Source of the DNA: Thermoanaerobaculaceae bacterium
GTDB lineage: Bacteria; Acidobacteriota; Thermoanaerobaculia; Thermoanaerobaculales; Thermoanaerobaculaceae
NCBI GenBank assembly: GCA_035542075.1
Contig: DATKMD010000008.1
Coordinates: forward strand, 19,706 to 83,705
DNA: 64,000 bases
Direction of reading: 5' to 3'
Positions 10,025 through 18,558 of this stretch are shown here, in pieces. The first letter of the stretch is position 1, and every line of letters begins with the position of its first letter. The notes beneath the pieces are model-generated. The model had not been told where the DNA came from. It searched no databases and worked only from the letters and a program-made list of their open reading frames with translations. The translations under genes were made by a program, and so were the position numbers.

Positions 10025-10623
10025 TCACACAGGACGTGGTGGTCTGCGATCCCAAGCCCCTGCGACTCATGCAGCGCTTCTACCTCGTCGAGATCGTCAA
10101 GGGGCTGGCCGTCACGCTACGGCACTTCCTCGGGAACCTGTTCGCGCGCAAGTACACGGTCACGGTCGAGTGGCCGGAGGTCAAGCGCGAGTACTCTGAA
10201 CGCTTGCGGGGCAGGCACATCCTCCTCACGCGGGAGGACGGCTCGCCGCGCTGTGTCGCCTGTTACATGTGCGAAGAGGCGTGCCCGGCGGAGTGCATCC
10301 ACATCGAGGCGGAGGACGTCACGTCCAGCCCGACCATCGAGTTCGAGAAGCGCCCCAAGGTTTTCACCATCGACCTGCTTCGCTGCGTCTACTGCGGGTT
10401 CTGCGTCGATGCCTGCCCGAAGGAAGCGATCGTGATGTCACGGGTTCACGAGATGGCGTTCGCGAGCCGCGAGGAGGCGGTCATCGGTCTGGACCAGCTG
10501 CTCCAGAAGGGCCCGACCGAAGGGCTGGACCTGGGGTACCGCCCGTACTACGGGGCCCCGCGCAGCCGGATAGAGCTCCCGATCCCGGTTCGACCGGCAG
10601 CCCGAGCGCCGGTCGGGGGCTGA
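10021..10623 (+). CDS. nuoI: NADH-quinone oxidoreductase subunit I (2x[4Fe-4S] ferredoxin)
   Basis: CVACYMCEEACP and CVYCGFCVDACP. ATGA overlap with the nuoCD stop. Confidence 0.9.
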   Translation: MITQDVVVCDPKPLRLMQRFYLVEIVKGLAVTLRHFLGNLFARKYTVTVEWPEVKREYSERLRGRHILLTREDGSPRCVACYMCEEACPAECIHIEAEDVTSSPTIEFEKRPKVFTIDLLRCVYCGFCVDACPKEAIVMSRVHEMAFASREEAVIGLDQLLQKGPTEGLDLGYRPYYGAPRSRIELPIPVRPAARAPVGG

Positions 10624-10646
10624 GCGAGGGCTTGCGACCTAAAGCG

Positions 10647-10673
10647 AAAGGGCGGCGCAGCGCGCCGCCCTTT
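10647..10673. terminator. Bidirectional rho-independent terminator between convergent nuoI and csp
   Basis: AAA-GGGCGGCGC-agc-GCGCCGCCC-TTT: a 9-bp GC stem flanked by A-run and T-run. Confidence 0.7.
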
Positions 10674-10696
10674 CCAATCTTCCTGTCTTTTTCTCC

Positions 10697-10897
10697 CTAG
10701 ACGGCGCGAACGTTGGCCGCCTGCAGGCCCTTGGGCCCGCGCACGATGTCGAACTCCACCCGGGCCCCTTCCTTGAGCGTGCGGAAGCCCTCGCCAGCGA
10801 TGGCGGTGTAGTGGACGAACACGTCCTCTCCGCCCTCCTGCGTGATGAAGCCGAATCCCTTGGTATCGTTGAACCACTTGACAGTTCCCTGCGCCAT
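10697..10897 (-). CDS. csp: Cold-shock protein (CspA family, S1-like OB fold)
   Basis: [18 protein letters not shown] (RNP1) and VFVHY (RNP2). AAGGAG SD lies 7 nt upstream. Confidence 0.9.
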   Translation of the reverse strand: MAQGTVKWFNDTKGFGFITQEGGEDVFVHYTAIAGEGFRTLKEGARVEFDIVRGPKGLQAANVRAV

Positions 10898-10968
10898 GCT
10901 GCTTCTCCTTGTTGCCGGCGGCATCCGAAGTCCGCCGTTGTTCGTGTCGGGTGCGTCCCGACTATATG

Positions 10969-11002
10969 AAAAAGCCGCAAGGACGCTGCTCCTTGCGGCG
11001 GG
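10969..11002 (-). terminator. Rho-independent terminator-like hairpin plus U5 (minus strand), downstream of fusA-like and about 75 nt upstream of csp
   Basis: Minus strand reads GCCGCAAGGA-gcagcg-TCCTTGCGGC followed by TTTTT. Confidence 0.7.
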
Positions 11003-11163
11003 TTGACTTCAGGTCGAAGTTGATCCGCAACTGCAAAAACAGCTCACGAGCGTAAAGTGACACAATCGCTTGAGCTTGTCAAGCCCCCTGCTGGGTCGAT
11101 CCGGTAGAGAGGGGCGTTGCCCTCGCCTCATGGCGAGGCCGGGCAGGGGACGGGGGCCGCGAG

Positions 11164-13260
11164 CTATTCCTCCTCCTCTTCCTCGGCAGCACCGGCGTGC
11201 GCCTGGATGATCTTCTCCTGTATCTGTTTCGGGACCTCGTCGTAGTGGGAATACTCCATGTGGAAGTCACCGCGGCCACCTGTGATTGATCGGAGCGTCT
11301 GGGAGTAGGTGAGCATCTCTGCGAGGGGCACCAGCGCCTTCACCACGGTCTGGGCGTCGCCGGGGTCCATGCCCTGCACGCGGCCCCGCCTGGAGTTGAG
11401 ATCGCCCATGATGTCGCCGAGGAACTCGTCCGGCGTGGTGATCTGCACCTGCATGACCGGCTCGAGGATCGTCGGCCCGGCATGGGAGACGGCCTCACGG
11501 AACGCCTTGCGGCCGCAGGTGCGAAATGCCATGTCCGATGAATCCACGGCATGGAACTTCCCGTCCAGGAGCGTAACGCTGAAGTCGACGACGGGGTTGC
11601 CGGCAACCGCCCCGCGCTCAGCGGCGTCCTGAATGCCCTTGTCGATAGAGGGACGGTAGTTGTTCGGGATTGAGCCACCGAAGATCTTGTCCACAAACTC
11701 GTAGCCGCTTCCACGTGGGCGTGGCTCCATGCGGATCTTGGCCTCGGCGAACTGGCCATGGCCTCCAGTTTGCTTCTTGTGACGCGCCGTGATCTCGACG
11801 CCCTTGGTAATCGTCTCGCGGTACGGGACCTTGGGGGGCTGAAGCGTGACATCCACCTTGTAGCGCTTGCGCAGGCGCGCGACCGCGATTTCGACGTGAA
11901 GCTGACCCGCGCCGGCCACCAGCTGCTCCTTGGTCTGCGGGTCGCGCCCGATGTGCAACGTCGGGTCCTCATCCTGAAGCTTCGCGAGACCCTGCGCGAT
12001 CTTGTCCTCGTCGCCCTTGGCCTTGGCGGAGATGGCAAAGGAGATGGCAGCCTCGGGGATCGGCACGGGCGGGACCACGACCGCGCCGTCCTTGCTGGTG
12101 AGCGTGTCGCCGGTGCGGGTCTCCTTGAGCTTGGCCACCGCGCCGATGTCACCGGCGACCAGCTTCTCGACCGGCAGCAGGTCCTTGCCCTGCATCCAAT
12201 TGACCGGACCGAAGCGTTCCGCGATCTCGCGCTGGCGGTTCTGGTAGGTCCCATCCGAGGCGAAGGCCCCGGAGAAGACACGAATCAGAGTGATTCGTCC
12301 GGCGTAGGGGTCGGAGAAGGTCTTGAAGACGTATCCGATCGGAGTGTCCTCGGGCTTGGGAGTGATCACGACTTCCTCGCCCGCGACGTTCTTTGCCGGC
12401 ACCGGAACGGCGAGCGGACTGGGAACCAGCTCAACGAGCGCATCCATCAGGGGCTGCACGCTCTGGTTGCGGCCCGCGGCGCAGTAGAAGACCGGGAAGA
12501 TCTTGCGCCCCGCCACCGCCTTCTTGAGGCCGGCCACCAGGTCCTCGTCGGAGAGCGCTCCATCCGCAAAGAACTTCTCGAGCAGGGCCTCGTCCTGCTC
12601 GGCAACCATCTCAATGAGCGCGGTACGTGCCGACTCCGCCTCCCCCTTGAGCTCGCCGGGGATCTCGATTTCGGCAGCCGTGCCGCTCTCGTCCGTGGGG
12701 AACCGGTAAGCCTTCGAGCGCACGAGGTCCACCACGCCCGCAAAGGCGGCCTCTTCACCGATCGGGAGCTGAAGGGGCAGAACCTCACGCCCGAACTTCT
12801 TCTGGAGCTGCTGAAGCGTCCTCGTGGCCGAGGCGCGCTCACGGTCCATGCTGTTGACCGCGAACAGCACCGGCTTGGCCATCGTGGCGCAGATCTTCCA
12901 GAGCTTTTCGGTCTGCACCTCGGGCCCGGCCACGGCCGACACCGTCATCAGCGCGACCTCGGCAACCTTCACGCCCTGCACGGCCTCGGTGGTGAAGATC
13001 GAGTACCCGGGCGTGTCAATCAGATTCAGCTTGCAGTCGCGGTGATGGGCATGCGCGACAGCGGTCCCGATGGTGATCTTGCGCTCCACCGCCTCATCGT
13101 CGAAATCGGTCACTGCGTTGCCTTTGTCGACCTTGCCGAGGCGGTTCACGTCCTTGGCGGCGAAAAGGATGGCCGAGATGAGGGTCGTCTTGCCGGTGGA
13201 GGAATGTCCGACCACCGCCACGTTCCTGATCTTGTCACTGGGTACCGACTTGGTTGCCAT
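11164..13260 (-). CDS. fusA: Elongation factor G paralogue (stand-alone, not in an str operon)
   Basis: 698 aa. G1 AVVGHSSTGKTTL, G3 LIDTPGY, and full EF-G domain length. Unusual C-terminal tail AAEEEEEE. Confidence 0.9.
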   Translation of the reverse strand: MATKSVPSDKIRNVAVVGHSSTGKTTLISAILFAAKDVNRLGKVDKGNAVTDFDDEAVERKITIGTAVAHAHHRDCKLNLIDTPGYSIFTTEAVQGVKVAEVALMTVSAVAGPEVQTEKLWKICATMAKPVLFAVNSMDRERASATRTLQQLQKKFGREVLPLQLPIGEEAAFAGVVDLVRSKAYRFPTDESGTAAEIEIPGELKGEAESARTALIEMVAEQDEALLEKFFADGALSDEDLVAGLKKAVAGRKIFPVFYCAAGRNQSVQPLMDALVELVPSPLAVPVPAKNVAGEEVVITPKPEDTPIGYVFKTFSDPYAGRITLIRVFSGAFASDGTYQNRQREIAERFGPVNWMQGKDLLPVEKLVAGDIGAVAKLKETRTGDTLTSKDGAVVVPPVPIPEAAISFAISAKAKGDEDKIAQGLAKLQDEDPTLHIGRDPQTKEQLVAGAGQLHVEIAVARLRKRYKVDVTLQPPKVPYRETITKGVEITARHKKQTGGHGQFAEAKIRMEPRPRGSGYEFVDKIFGGSIPNNYRPSIDKGIQDAAERGAVAGNPVVDFSVTLLDGKFHAVDSSDMAFRTCGRKAFREAVSHAGPTILEPVMQVQITTPDEFLGDIMGDLNSRRGRVQGMDPGDAQTVVKALVPLAEMLTYSQTLRSITGGRGDFHMEYSHYDEVPKQIQEKIIQAHAGAAEEEEEE

Positions 13261-13345
13261 GTGCAGGCGACCTCCCGTCGCACAGAGTCCGGGAAGTATA
13301 TCGGGTGACCGGGGGAAACGGAAGCCGGTGAAAGCAGGGGAGAGT

Positions 13346-13431
13346 GGAGAGGGGAGAGGGAAAAGGGAAAAGCGAAGAGCCTAATCCGTCGGCTCCGCGT
13401 TCCGGTCCTGGCTCTTTGCTCTCCCCTCTCC
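13346..13431. repeat. Long imperfect inverted repeat built from a polypurine and a polypyrimidine tract
   Basis: GGAGAGGGGAGAG (13346-13358) pairs with CTCTCCCCTCTCC (13419-13431). AAGAGCC (13375-13381) pairs with GGCTCTT (13410-13416). An uninterrupted 27-nt purine run spans 13346-13372. Confidence 0.6.
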
Positions 13432-13444
13432 CCTTGTCGTCGTC

Positions 13445-14350
13445 TCAGCTGATCTTCAGTTCGCGGCCGGTGAGGCGCTCGTACGCTTCGAGGTACAGGG
13501 ACTGGGTGCGAGCCACCACCTCGGGCGGGAGCGTCGGGGCCGGTGGTTGCTTGTTCCAGCCCGAGCCCTCCAGCCAGTCGCGCACGAACTGTTTGTCGAA
13601 CGATGGGGGGTTGCCGCCAACGCGGTACCGGTCGGCTGGCCAGAACCGCGACGAGTCTGGCGTCAATGCTTCGTCGGCCCAGAGCAGGCCGCCTCTGTCG
13701 TCCAGGCCGAACTCGAACTTTGTGTCAGCGATGATGATGCCGCGCTCCTCCGCGAGCGCCGCCGCCCGTCGGTAGAGCTCGAGCGAGACGTCACGAAGTC
13801 TCTCCGCGACGCCGCCCCCGACCAGGCGGGCCACCTCGTCGAATGGGATGTTCTGGTCGTGTCCGACGTCGGCTTTGGTAGAGGGCGTGAACACCGGCTC
13901 GGGGAGGCGCTCGGCCTGTCGCAGCCCCACGGGCAGCGGCACGCCCGAGACACTTCCCGAGGCCACGTACTCCTTCCAACCGGAGCCCGCGATGTAGCCG
14001 CGAACCACACACTCGACGGGAACGATGCGGAGGGCACGGACGAGGCAGGAGCGGCGGTCGAGCCGCGGCTCGGACGCGAAGGGCTCCGGGAGCCCGGAAA
14101 GCTCGGTTTCCACCAGGTGATGGGGGATCACGTCGGAGAGCGTCGAGAACCAGAAGTTCGAAAGCTGTGTCAGGACGACGCCCTTGGCGGGGATGCCGGG
14201 GTCGAGCACCACGTCGAATGCGCTGATCCGGTCGCTCGCGACCACCACGAGCCGGTCATCGCCGGCCCGGTACACGTCCCGAACCTTTCCCCTCCTGACC
14301 AGCCGATCGGGGAACAGCGGGTGAGGGGGGAAGGGAACCGGCCCCGCCAC
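13445..14350 (-). CDS. purC: Phosphoribosylaminoimidazole-succinocarboxamide (SAICAR) synthase
   Basis: GKVRDVY and VVASDRISAFD. 301 aa. Confidence 0.9.
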   Translation of the reverse strand: MAGPVPFPPHPLFPDRLVRRGKVRDVYRAGDDRLVVVASDRISAFDVVLDPGIPAKGVVLTQLSNFWFSTLSDVIPHHLVETELSGLPEPFASEPRLDRRSCLVRALRIVPVECVVRGYIAGSGWKEYVASGSVSGVPLPVGLRQAERLPEPVFTPSTKADVGHDQNIPFDEVARLVGGGVAERLRDVSLELYRRAAALAEERGIIIADTKFEFGLDDRGGLLWADEALTPDSSRFWPADRYRVGGNPPSFDKQFVRDWLEGSGWNKQPPAPTLPPEVVARTQSLYLEAYERLTGRELKIS

Positions 14351-14359
14351 GGGCGAGCC

Positions 14360-14635
14360 TTACTTGGCCTGCAGCAGCGAGTTGGCCTGACTCGTGAGGT
14401 GCGACTTGTAGCGCGATGCGGTGTTGCGGTGGAAGACACCCTTGCGCACGCCGCCGTCGATCACCGAAACGGTGCGCGGCAGAAGCTCCTTCACTGCGGC
14501 GGCGTCGCCGCTGGCGATCGCCGTGCGCAGTGCCTTGATCGCGTTGCGCACGCGCGTGCGGACGGCGCGGTTGCGGTCACGCCGCACCTCGTTCTGACGA
14601 CGACGCTTCAAACCCGACTTGATTCTCTTTGCCAT
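14360..14635 (-). CDS. rpsT: 30S ribosomal protein S20
   Basis: MAKRIKSGLKRRRQNEVRRDRN... 91 aa, basic. Confidence 0.9.
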   Translation of the reverse strand: MAKRIKSGLKRRRQNEVRRDRNRAVRTRVRNAIKALRTAIASGDAAAVKELLPRTVSVIDGGVRKGVFHRNTASRYKSHLTSQANSLLQAK

Positions 14636-14656
14636 GCACTCTCCTTTGAATCGTTG

Positions 14657-15481
14657 CTACTTCACCTTGACACCCAGGGAAGCGAGCCTGGAGCGCGCCA
14701 GCTCGGCCTCCTTGGTGCCTGGGTGCTCGTAGAGAACGTACTGCAGGTTGATCACGGCCTGGGAGCGGTCGCCCAGCTCGAGGTACGCGAGGCCCTTCTT
14801 GAGGAGCGCCGCAGCCGCCTTGTCCGATGTCTTGTAGTTGTTCAGGAGTTGCGTGAACGCGTCGATCGCTTCCTTGTAGGCCTTCTTTGAATAGTAGCAC
14901 TCACCGATCCAGTAGAAGGCATTGTCCGCGAGGTCCGTGTCCGGGTACCGGCTGAGGTAGTCGCGGAACCCCTGGATGGCGAGGTCGAAGTTGCCGCGCA
15001 GGTAGTCCTCGTACGCTCCGTTGTAGAGCTGGGTGGGCTCGCCGGTTCGAGGTGCAGCCTGAGCTGCCGGTGCGGCCATTGCCGCTCCCGCGACGCCGCC
15101 CGCAGTTGCAGCCGCCGCGGGCGCGACGGCCGTGCCGCTCATAGGCTCGCGGGTCGTTGCCAGCTGGTTGGAGAGCGAGGCCAGTCGCTGATTCGTGGCT
15201 TCAAGGTTGGTCTGCAGCGCTTGGAGCTGATCCCGCAACTGCTGGAGCTGCGCCTGAATGTCCGCGTTTGACTTGAGCATCAATGCGTTCTGGTCGGCGA
15301 GCTTGCGGCTCATCGCCTGCAGATCCTCCTTGCCGGAGGACTGCTTGCTCAGGTTTTCCACCTGCCTCGAGACGTCGGTGATCTCACGGTGCAGAAGCTC
15401 GAAGTCGCCGCTCGTGACGCACCCCGCGGCCGCCACCGCCAGCGCCGGGAAGGTCAGCCACCGCATTCGCCACCTCCTCAT
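14657..15481 (-). CDS. ybgF: Tol-Pal system protein YbgF/CpoB (coiled coil plus TPR)
   Basis: Signal peptide, Q/L-rich coiled coil, and C-terminal TPR block YNGAYEDYLRGNFDLAIQGFRDYLSRYPDTDLADNAFYWIGECYY. ATGA overlap with the pal stop. Confidence 0.8.
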   Translation of the reverse strand: MRRWRMRWLTFPALAVAAAGCVTSGDFELLHREITDVSRQVENLSKQSSGKEDLQAMSRKLADQNALMLKSNADIQAQLQQLRDQLQALQTNLEATNQRLASLSNQLATTREPMSGTAVAPAAAATAGGVAGAAMAAPAAQAAPRTGEPTQLYNGAYEDYLRGNFDLAIQGFRDYLSRYPDTDLADNAFYWIGECYYSKKAYKEAIDAFTQLLNNYKTSDKAAAALLKKGLAYLELGDRSQAVINLQYVLYEHPGTKEAELARSRLASLGVKVK

Positions 15482-16128
15482 CGCGCCGTGATCACAAAAT
15501 GCACGCGACGGTTTTGCGACCAACAGCTCTCGTCGTGGCACGTCGCAAACGGGCGCTCCTCGCCGTAGGAAATCGTTGCCACTCGTTCCGCCGATACCCC
15601 GAGCGACACCAAGTACGCCTTGGCGGCGTTGGCCCGGCGCCAGCCGAGCGCGAGATTGTACTCCTCGGTGTTGCGCTCGTCGCAGTGGCCCTCGATGAGG
15701 ATCTTCACCGTGGAGTATGCCTTCAGCCAGGAGGCGTCGGCCGCGAGGATTTCGCGGGCATCCGGGCGGAGTTCGGCCGAGTTGGTGTCGAAGAGCGGGT
15801 CTTTGATGTACATCGCCTTGTTCAGCACTGCGAGGTCGGTGGGCAACTCGGTGCTGGCGACGCCGCCCTCCGGGTGCTCCGCGGGTGCCACGCTGGGCTC
15901 AGGGCGGGCCTGGGTCGTGCCTGGCCCGGGCTGCAGCGGTGCGGGTGGGGCCTCCGCCGTGGCTTCCGTCGGCGGTGGGGGAGCCTCGACGGCCTTGCGA
16001 TGGGTGCACGACAGCCCCAGCGCAACGCACGCGCATAATGCGAATGTCAAAGGCTTGCTGATCAAGGGCCCGGACACGACGCCTCCTTTCGACGGGCGGA
16101 CTCTACACCATAGCCGGCCAGCGGACAA
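15478..16128 (-). CDS. pal: Peptidoglycan-associated lipoprotein Pal (OmpA-like domain)
   Basis: Cys-containing signal peptide FALCACVALGLSC. OmpA-C signature NTEEYNLALGWRRANAAKAYL. Confidence 0.85.
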   Translation of the reverse strand: MSAGRLWCRVRPSKGGVVSGPLISKPLTFALCACVALGLSCTHRKAVEAPPPPTEATAEAPPAPLQPGPGTTQARPEPSVAPAEHPEGGVASTELPTDLAVLNKAMYIKDPLFDTNSAELRPDAREILAADASWLKAYSTVKILIEGHCDERNTEEYNLALGWRRANAAKAYLVSLGVSAERVATISYGEERPFATCHDESCWSQNRRVHFVITAR

Positions 16129-16134
16129 GCGAAA

Positions 16135-17430
16135 TCACTGGACCTGGGCCACCCAAGCGGGTTGGATGTTGTTGCCGTCGGTGGTGATTTGGCGTGGCCG
16201 CCCCACCGGGTCGGTGATGAAGATCTGCCTCGTCCCGGTGCGGTTCGAAACGAAGGCGAGCATCGTGCCGTCGGGCGACCAGCACGGGGACTCGTTGCTT
16301 CCGGGACCGGCGACGACCGTGCGGATGTTGGTCCGCAGATCCAGTATCGCGACCTGAAACAGGTTCTCGACCAGTGTGGTGTACGCGATACGGACACCAT
16401 CTGGCGCCCACGCTGCCTCATCCGCGAACTTGTCCTCGAACGTCAATCGGCGAACGTTGGTGCCCTCGGAATCCATCACGTAAAGCTGCGGTGAGCCTCC
16501 CGCCGCGGAGGTGAACACGATCTGGCGACCGTTCGGGGACCACGCGGGCTGTGTGCTGATGCCGAGCGTGTGGGTGAGTCGCTCGGGCGTGCCCCCGGCC
16601 GCCGGTACGATCCAGATGTCGGTGTTGCCCGCGTCGCCGGTGGCGAAGGCGATGAGCTTCCCGTCGGGTGAGAAGTTTGCGGATGAGTTCACCCCCGGAA
16701 GGGTCGAGAGCGGTTTGAAGTAGCCCCCGGTCGGACGGAGGATGAACAACTGGGGGTCGCCGCGCAGGAAGCTGGTGAACGCGAGCCATTCGCCATCCGG
16801 GGACCAGGCAGGAGAGAGCGCTATCGACCGGTGGCTGGTGAGCTGTTGCGCCTCACTCCCGTCCCAGCGCATCACCCAGATCTCCTTGGCGCCGCTGCGG
16901 TCGGACACGAACGCAATGCGCGAGAGGAACGGCCCGGGTCGCCCGGTGAAGAGGTGCACCAGTTCGTTGGCGAGGGTGTGCGCGATCGTGGGTGCGAGGG
17001 CGACGGTGCCCTGAAGGCGCCGGGAGTAGGCGACCTCCCCCGAGGTGAGATCCCACAGTCGAACTTCGAGGACGACCTGGTTGCCCGCGCCCGAAAAGGT
17101 GCCGTCGAGCAGGAACTGGGCGCCGACCGCGCGCCAGCGCTGGCGGGTCAGCAGGGCGTTCGAGGGATCGACGACCACCAGTTTTGCGCTCTCCTCCGGG
17201 ACGAAGCCGGCAACCGCGGTCTGGTCGAGGTCCTTTCGCAGCGTCGTCAGTAGGGTCGCGGCGGCTTCCGGGTCTGTCCCGGGACGGGAGGGAAACGGCG
17301 CCAGGCCGATCATGACTCGACTCAGGCCCGGGCTGGTGACCTTGAGGTATACCTCCTCCTGCCCGGCCGCGGGCAAAGCGGACGCGAGCACGAAGGCGGC
17401 GATGCCGACAAGCAGAGGCGCGTTCTTCAC
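16135..17430 (-). CDS. tolB: Tol-Pal system beta-propeller protein TolB
   Basis: Repeated SPAWSPDG / FSPDGK / PAWSPNG / CWSPDG blades. GTG start (VKNAPLLVGIAAF signal peptide) in a GTGA overlap with the tolA stop. The longer 648-aa ORF is an out-of-gene extension. Confidence 0.9.
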   Translation of the reverse strand: MKNAPLLVGIAAFVLASALPAAGQEEVYLKVTSPGLSRVMIGLAPFPSRPGTDPEAAATLLTTLRKDLDQTAVAGFVPEESAKLVVVDPSNALLTRQRWRAVGAQFLLDGTFSGAGNQVVLEVRLWDLTSGEVAYSRRLQGTVALAPTIAHTLANELVHLFTGRPGPFLSRIAFVSDRSGAKEIWVMRWDGSEAQQLTSHRSIALSPAWSPDGEWLAFTSFLRGDPQLFILRPTGGYFKPLSTLPGVNSSANFSPDGKLIAFATGDAGNTDIWIVPAAGGTPERLTHTLGISTQPAWSPNGRQIVFTSAAGGSPQLYVMDSEGTNVRRLTFEDKFADEAAWAPDGVRIAYTTLVENLFQVAILDLRTNIRTVVAGPGSNESPCWSPDGTMLAFVSNRTGTRQIFITDPVGRPRQITTDGNNIQPAWVAQVQ

Positions 17431-18134
17431 TGGCCGAACTCCAGATGCAGGGTGAGCGTCGTGCCACCGAAACCCTGCGGCAACGGCGGCAAAGGCGCTG
17501 CAGCATACACCGCTCGTAGTGCCGCCCGGTCGAAAGCGGCCGAGCCGCTCTCCTGCTCGAGGCCGGCCTCGAGCAGACGGCCGGAGCGGTCGATCACGCA
17601 CCGCACGCGGCACTTGGCGTCGGCAGGGACCGGTGGCCTGAACCAGTTGCTCTCGATGATGGCCAGGACCCGGTTGAGGTAGTAAGAAAAGGGGAAACTC
17701 TCGTCGCCACCGGAGGGCCCAACGCCGAGCGCAATGCCCCCAGGTCCGGCCACCTCCCCGGGTTGGGCGCGCGCCGGCCCGCCCGGGGGCCGGGCGGCCT
17801 CGGGGGGTGCCTGACGGCTGGCCGTCTTGGCCGGCAGCGGGTGACGCGGCGCCGGCTCGACAGCTTTCTTCGCGGCGACTTTCCGGGGCACCGCGACGGG
17901 CGGCTTGGAGGCTGCGGCCGGGGCGCTGCGCGGTGCCCCTGCGGCGGGGGCGGGCACAGCCGCCAGGCGAACCTGCACGATGGGGAGGAAGAGCGCCCGC
18001 TGCCGGTGAGAAGGCCCCAAGAAGAGCGTCGCGGCCACGGCCATGTGGAGCCCAAGGGCCCCGAGGAGAGCCCCCCGCCACGGGAGATCGAGGTGCGCCC
18101 GGCGGGCCAGTTCCTCGCTCACCGGATCGTTCAT
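17427..18134 (-). CDS. tolA: TolA-like protein (TM anchor, Pro/Ala-rich linker, TonB_C-type C-terminal domain)
   Basis: One N-terminal TM (ALLGALGLHMAVAATLFLG), an AP-rich spacer and a C-terminal FDRAALRAVYAAAPLPPLP. It sits between tolR and tolB. Confidence 0.65.
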   Translation of the reverse strand: MNDPVSEELARRAHLDLPWRGALLGALGLHMAVAATLFLGPSHRQRALFLPIVQVRLAAVPAPAAGAPRSAPAAASKPPVAVPRKVAAKKAVEPAPRHPLPAKTASRQAPPEAARPPGGPARAQPGEVAGPGGIALGVGPSGGDESFPFSYYLNRVLAIIESNWFRPPVPADAKCRVRCVIDRSGRLLEAGLEQESGSAAFDRAALRAVYAAAPLPPLPQGFGGTTLTLHLEFGQ

Positions 18135-18544
18135 CTCGTCTCCGGGGGAACCGTGACCATGCCGACCTCCTCCACGCCCATCCGGTTGAGGATGGCCAGC
18201 ACCTCGATCACGAAACCGTAGGGGAGGCGCTGGTCCCCCTTGAGGTAGACGGGGCGGGGCCCACCCGCGAGCAGCGGGCCCAGCCGCTGCGCGAGGAGCG
18301 TCGGGTGCACGGGCTGGTCGCCGAGCAACACGAGTCGATCACGCGTGAGCGTGAGCACGATCGGCTCGGGGCCCTTCTGGGTGAGCGGGGCGGCGGCCTG
18401 GCGCGGGAGTTCAACCTGGAGGCCCTGGACCAGCATCGGCGAGGTGACGATGAAGATGATGAGGAGCACGAGCATCACATCAACCAGCGGAGTGATGTTG
18501 ATCTCGGAGAGATCGTCAAACTCGGTGGAGGGCCGAAAAGCCAT
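18131..18544 (-). CDS. tolR: TolR/ExbD family biopolymer transport protein
   Basis: EINITPLVDVMLVLLIIF. 137 aa. ATGA overlap with tolA. Confidence 0.85.
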   Translation of the reverse strand: MAFRPSTEFDDLSEINITPLVDVMLVLLIIFIVTSPMLVQGLQVELPRQAAAPLTQKGPEPIVLTLTRDRLVLLGDQPVHPTLLAQRLGPLLAGGPRPVYLKGDQRLPYGFVIEVLAILNRMGVEEVGMVTVPPETR

Positions 18545-18558
18545 GGCGTGCCCTCGCC

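Noticed and set aside
17431-18081. Long N-terminal extension of the tolB ORF (648 aa in the ORF track)
   Set aside because: The extension overlaps tolA in another frame and is R/P/G-rich. TolB has a proper signal peptide starting at GTG 17430, in a GTGA junction with tolA.
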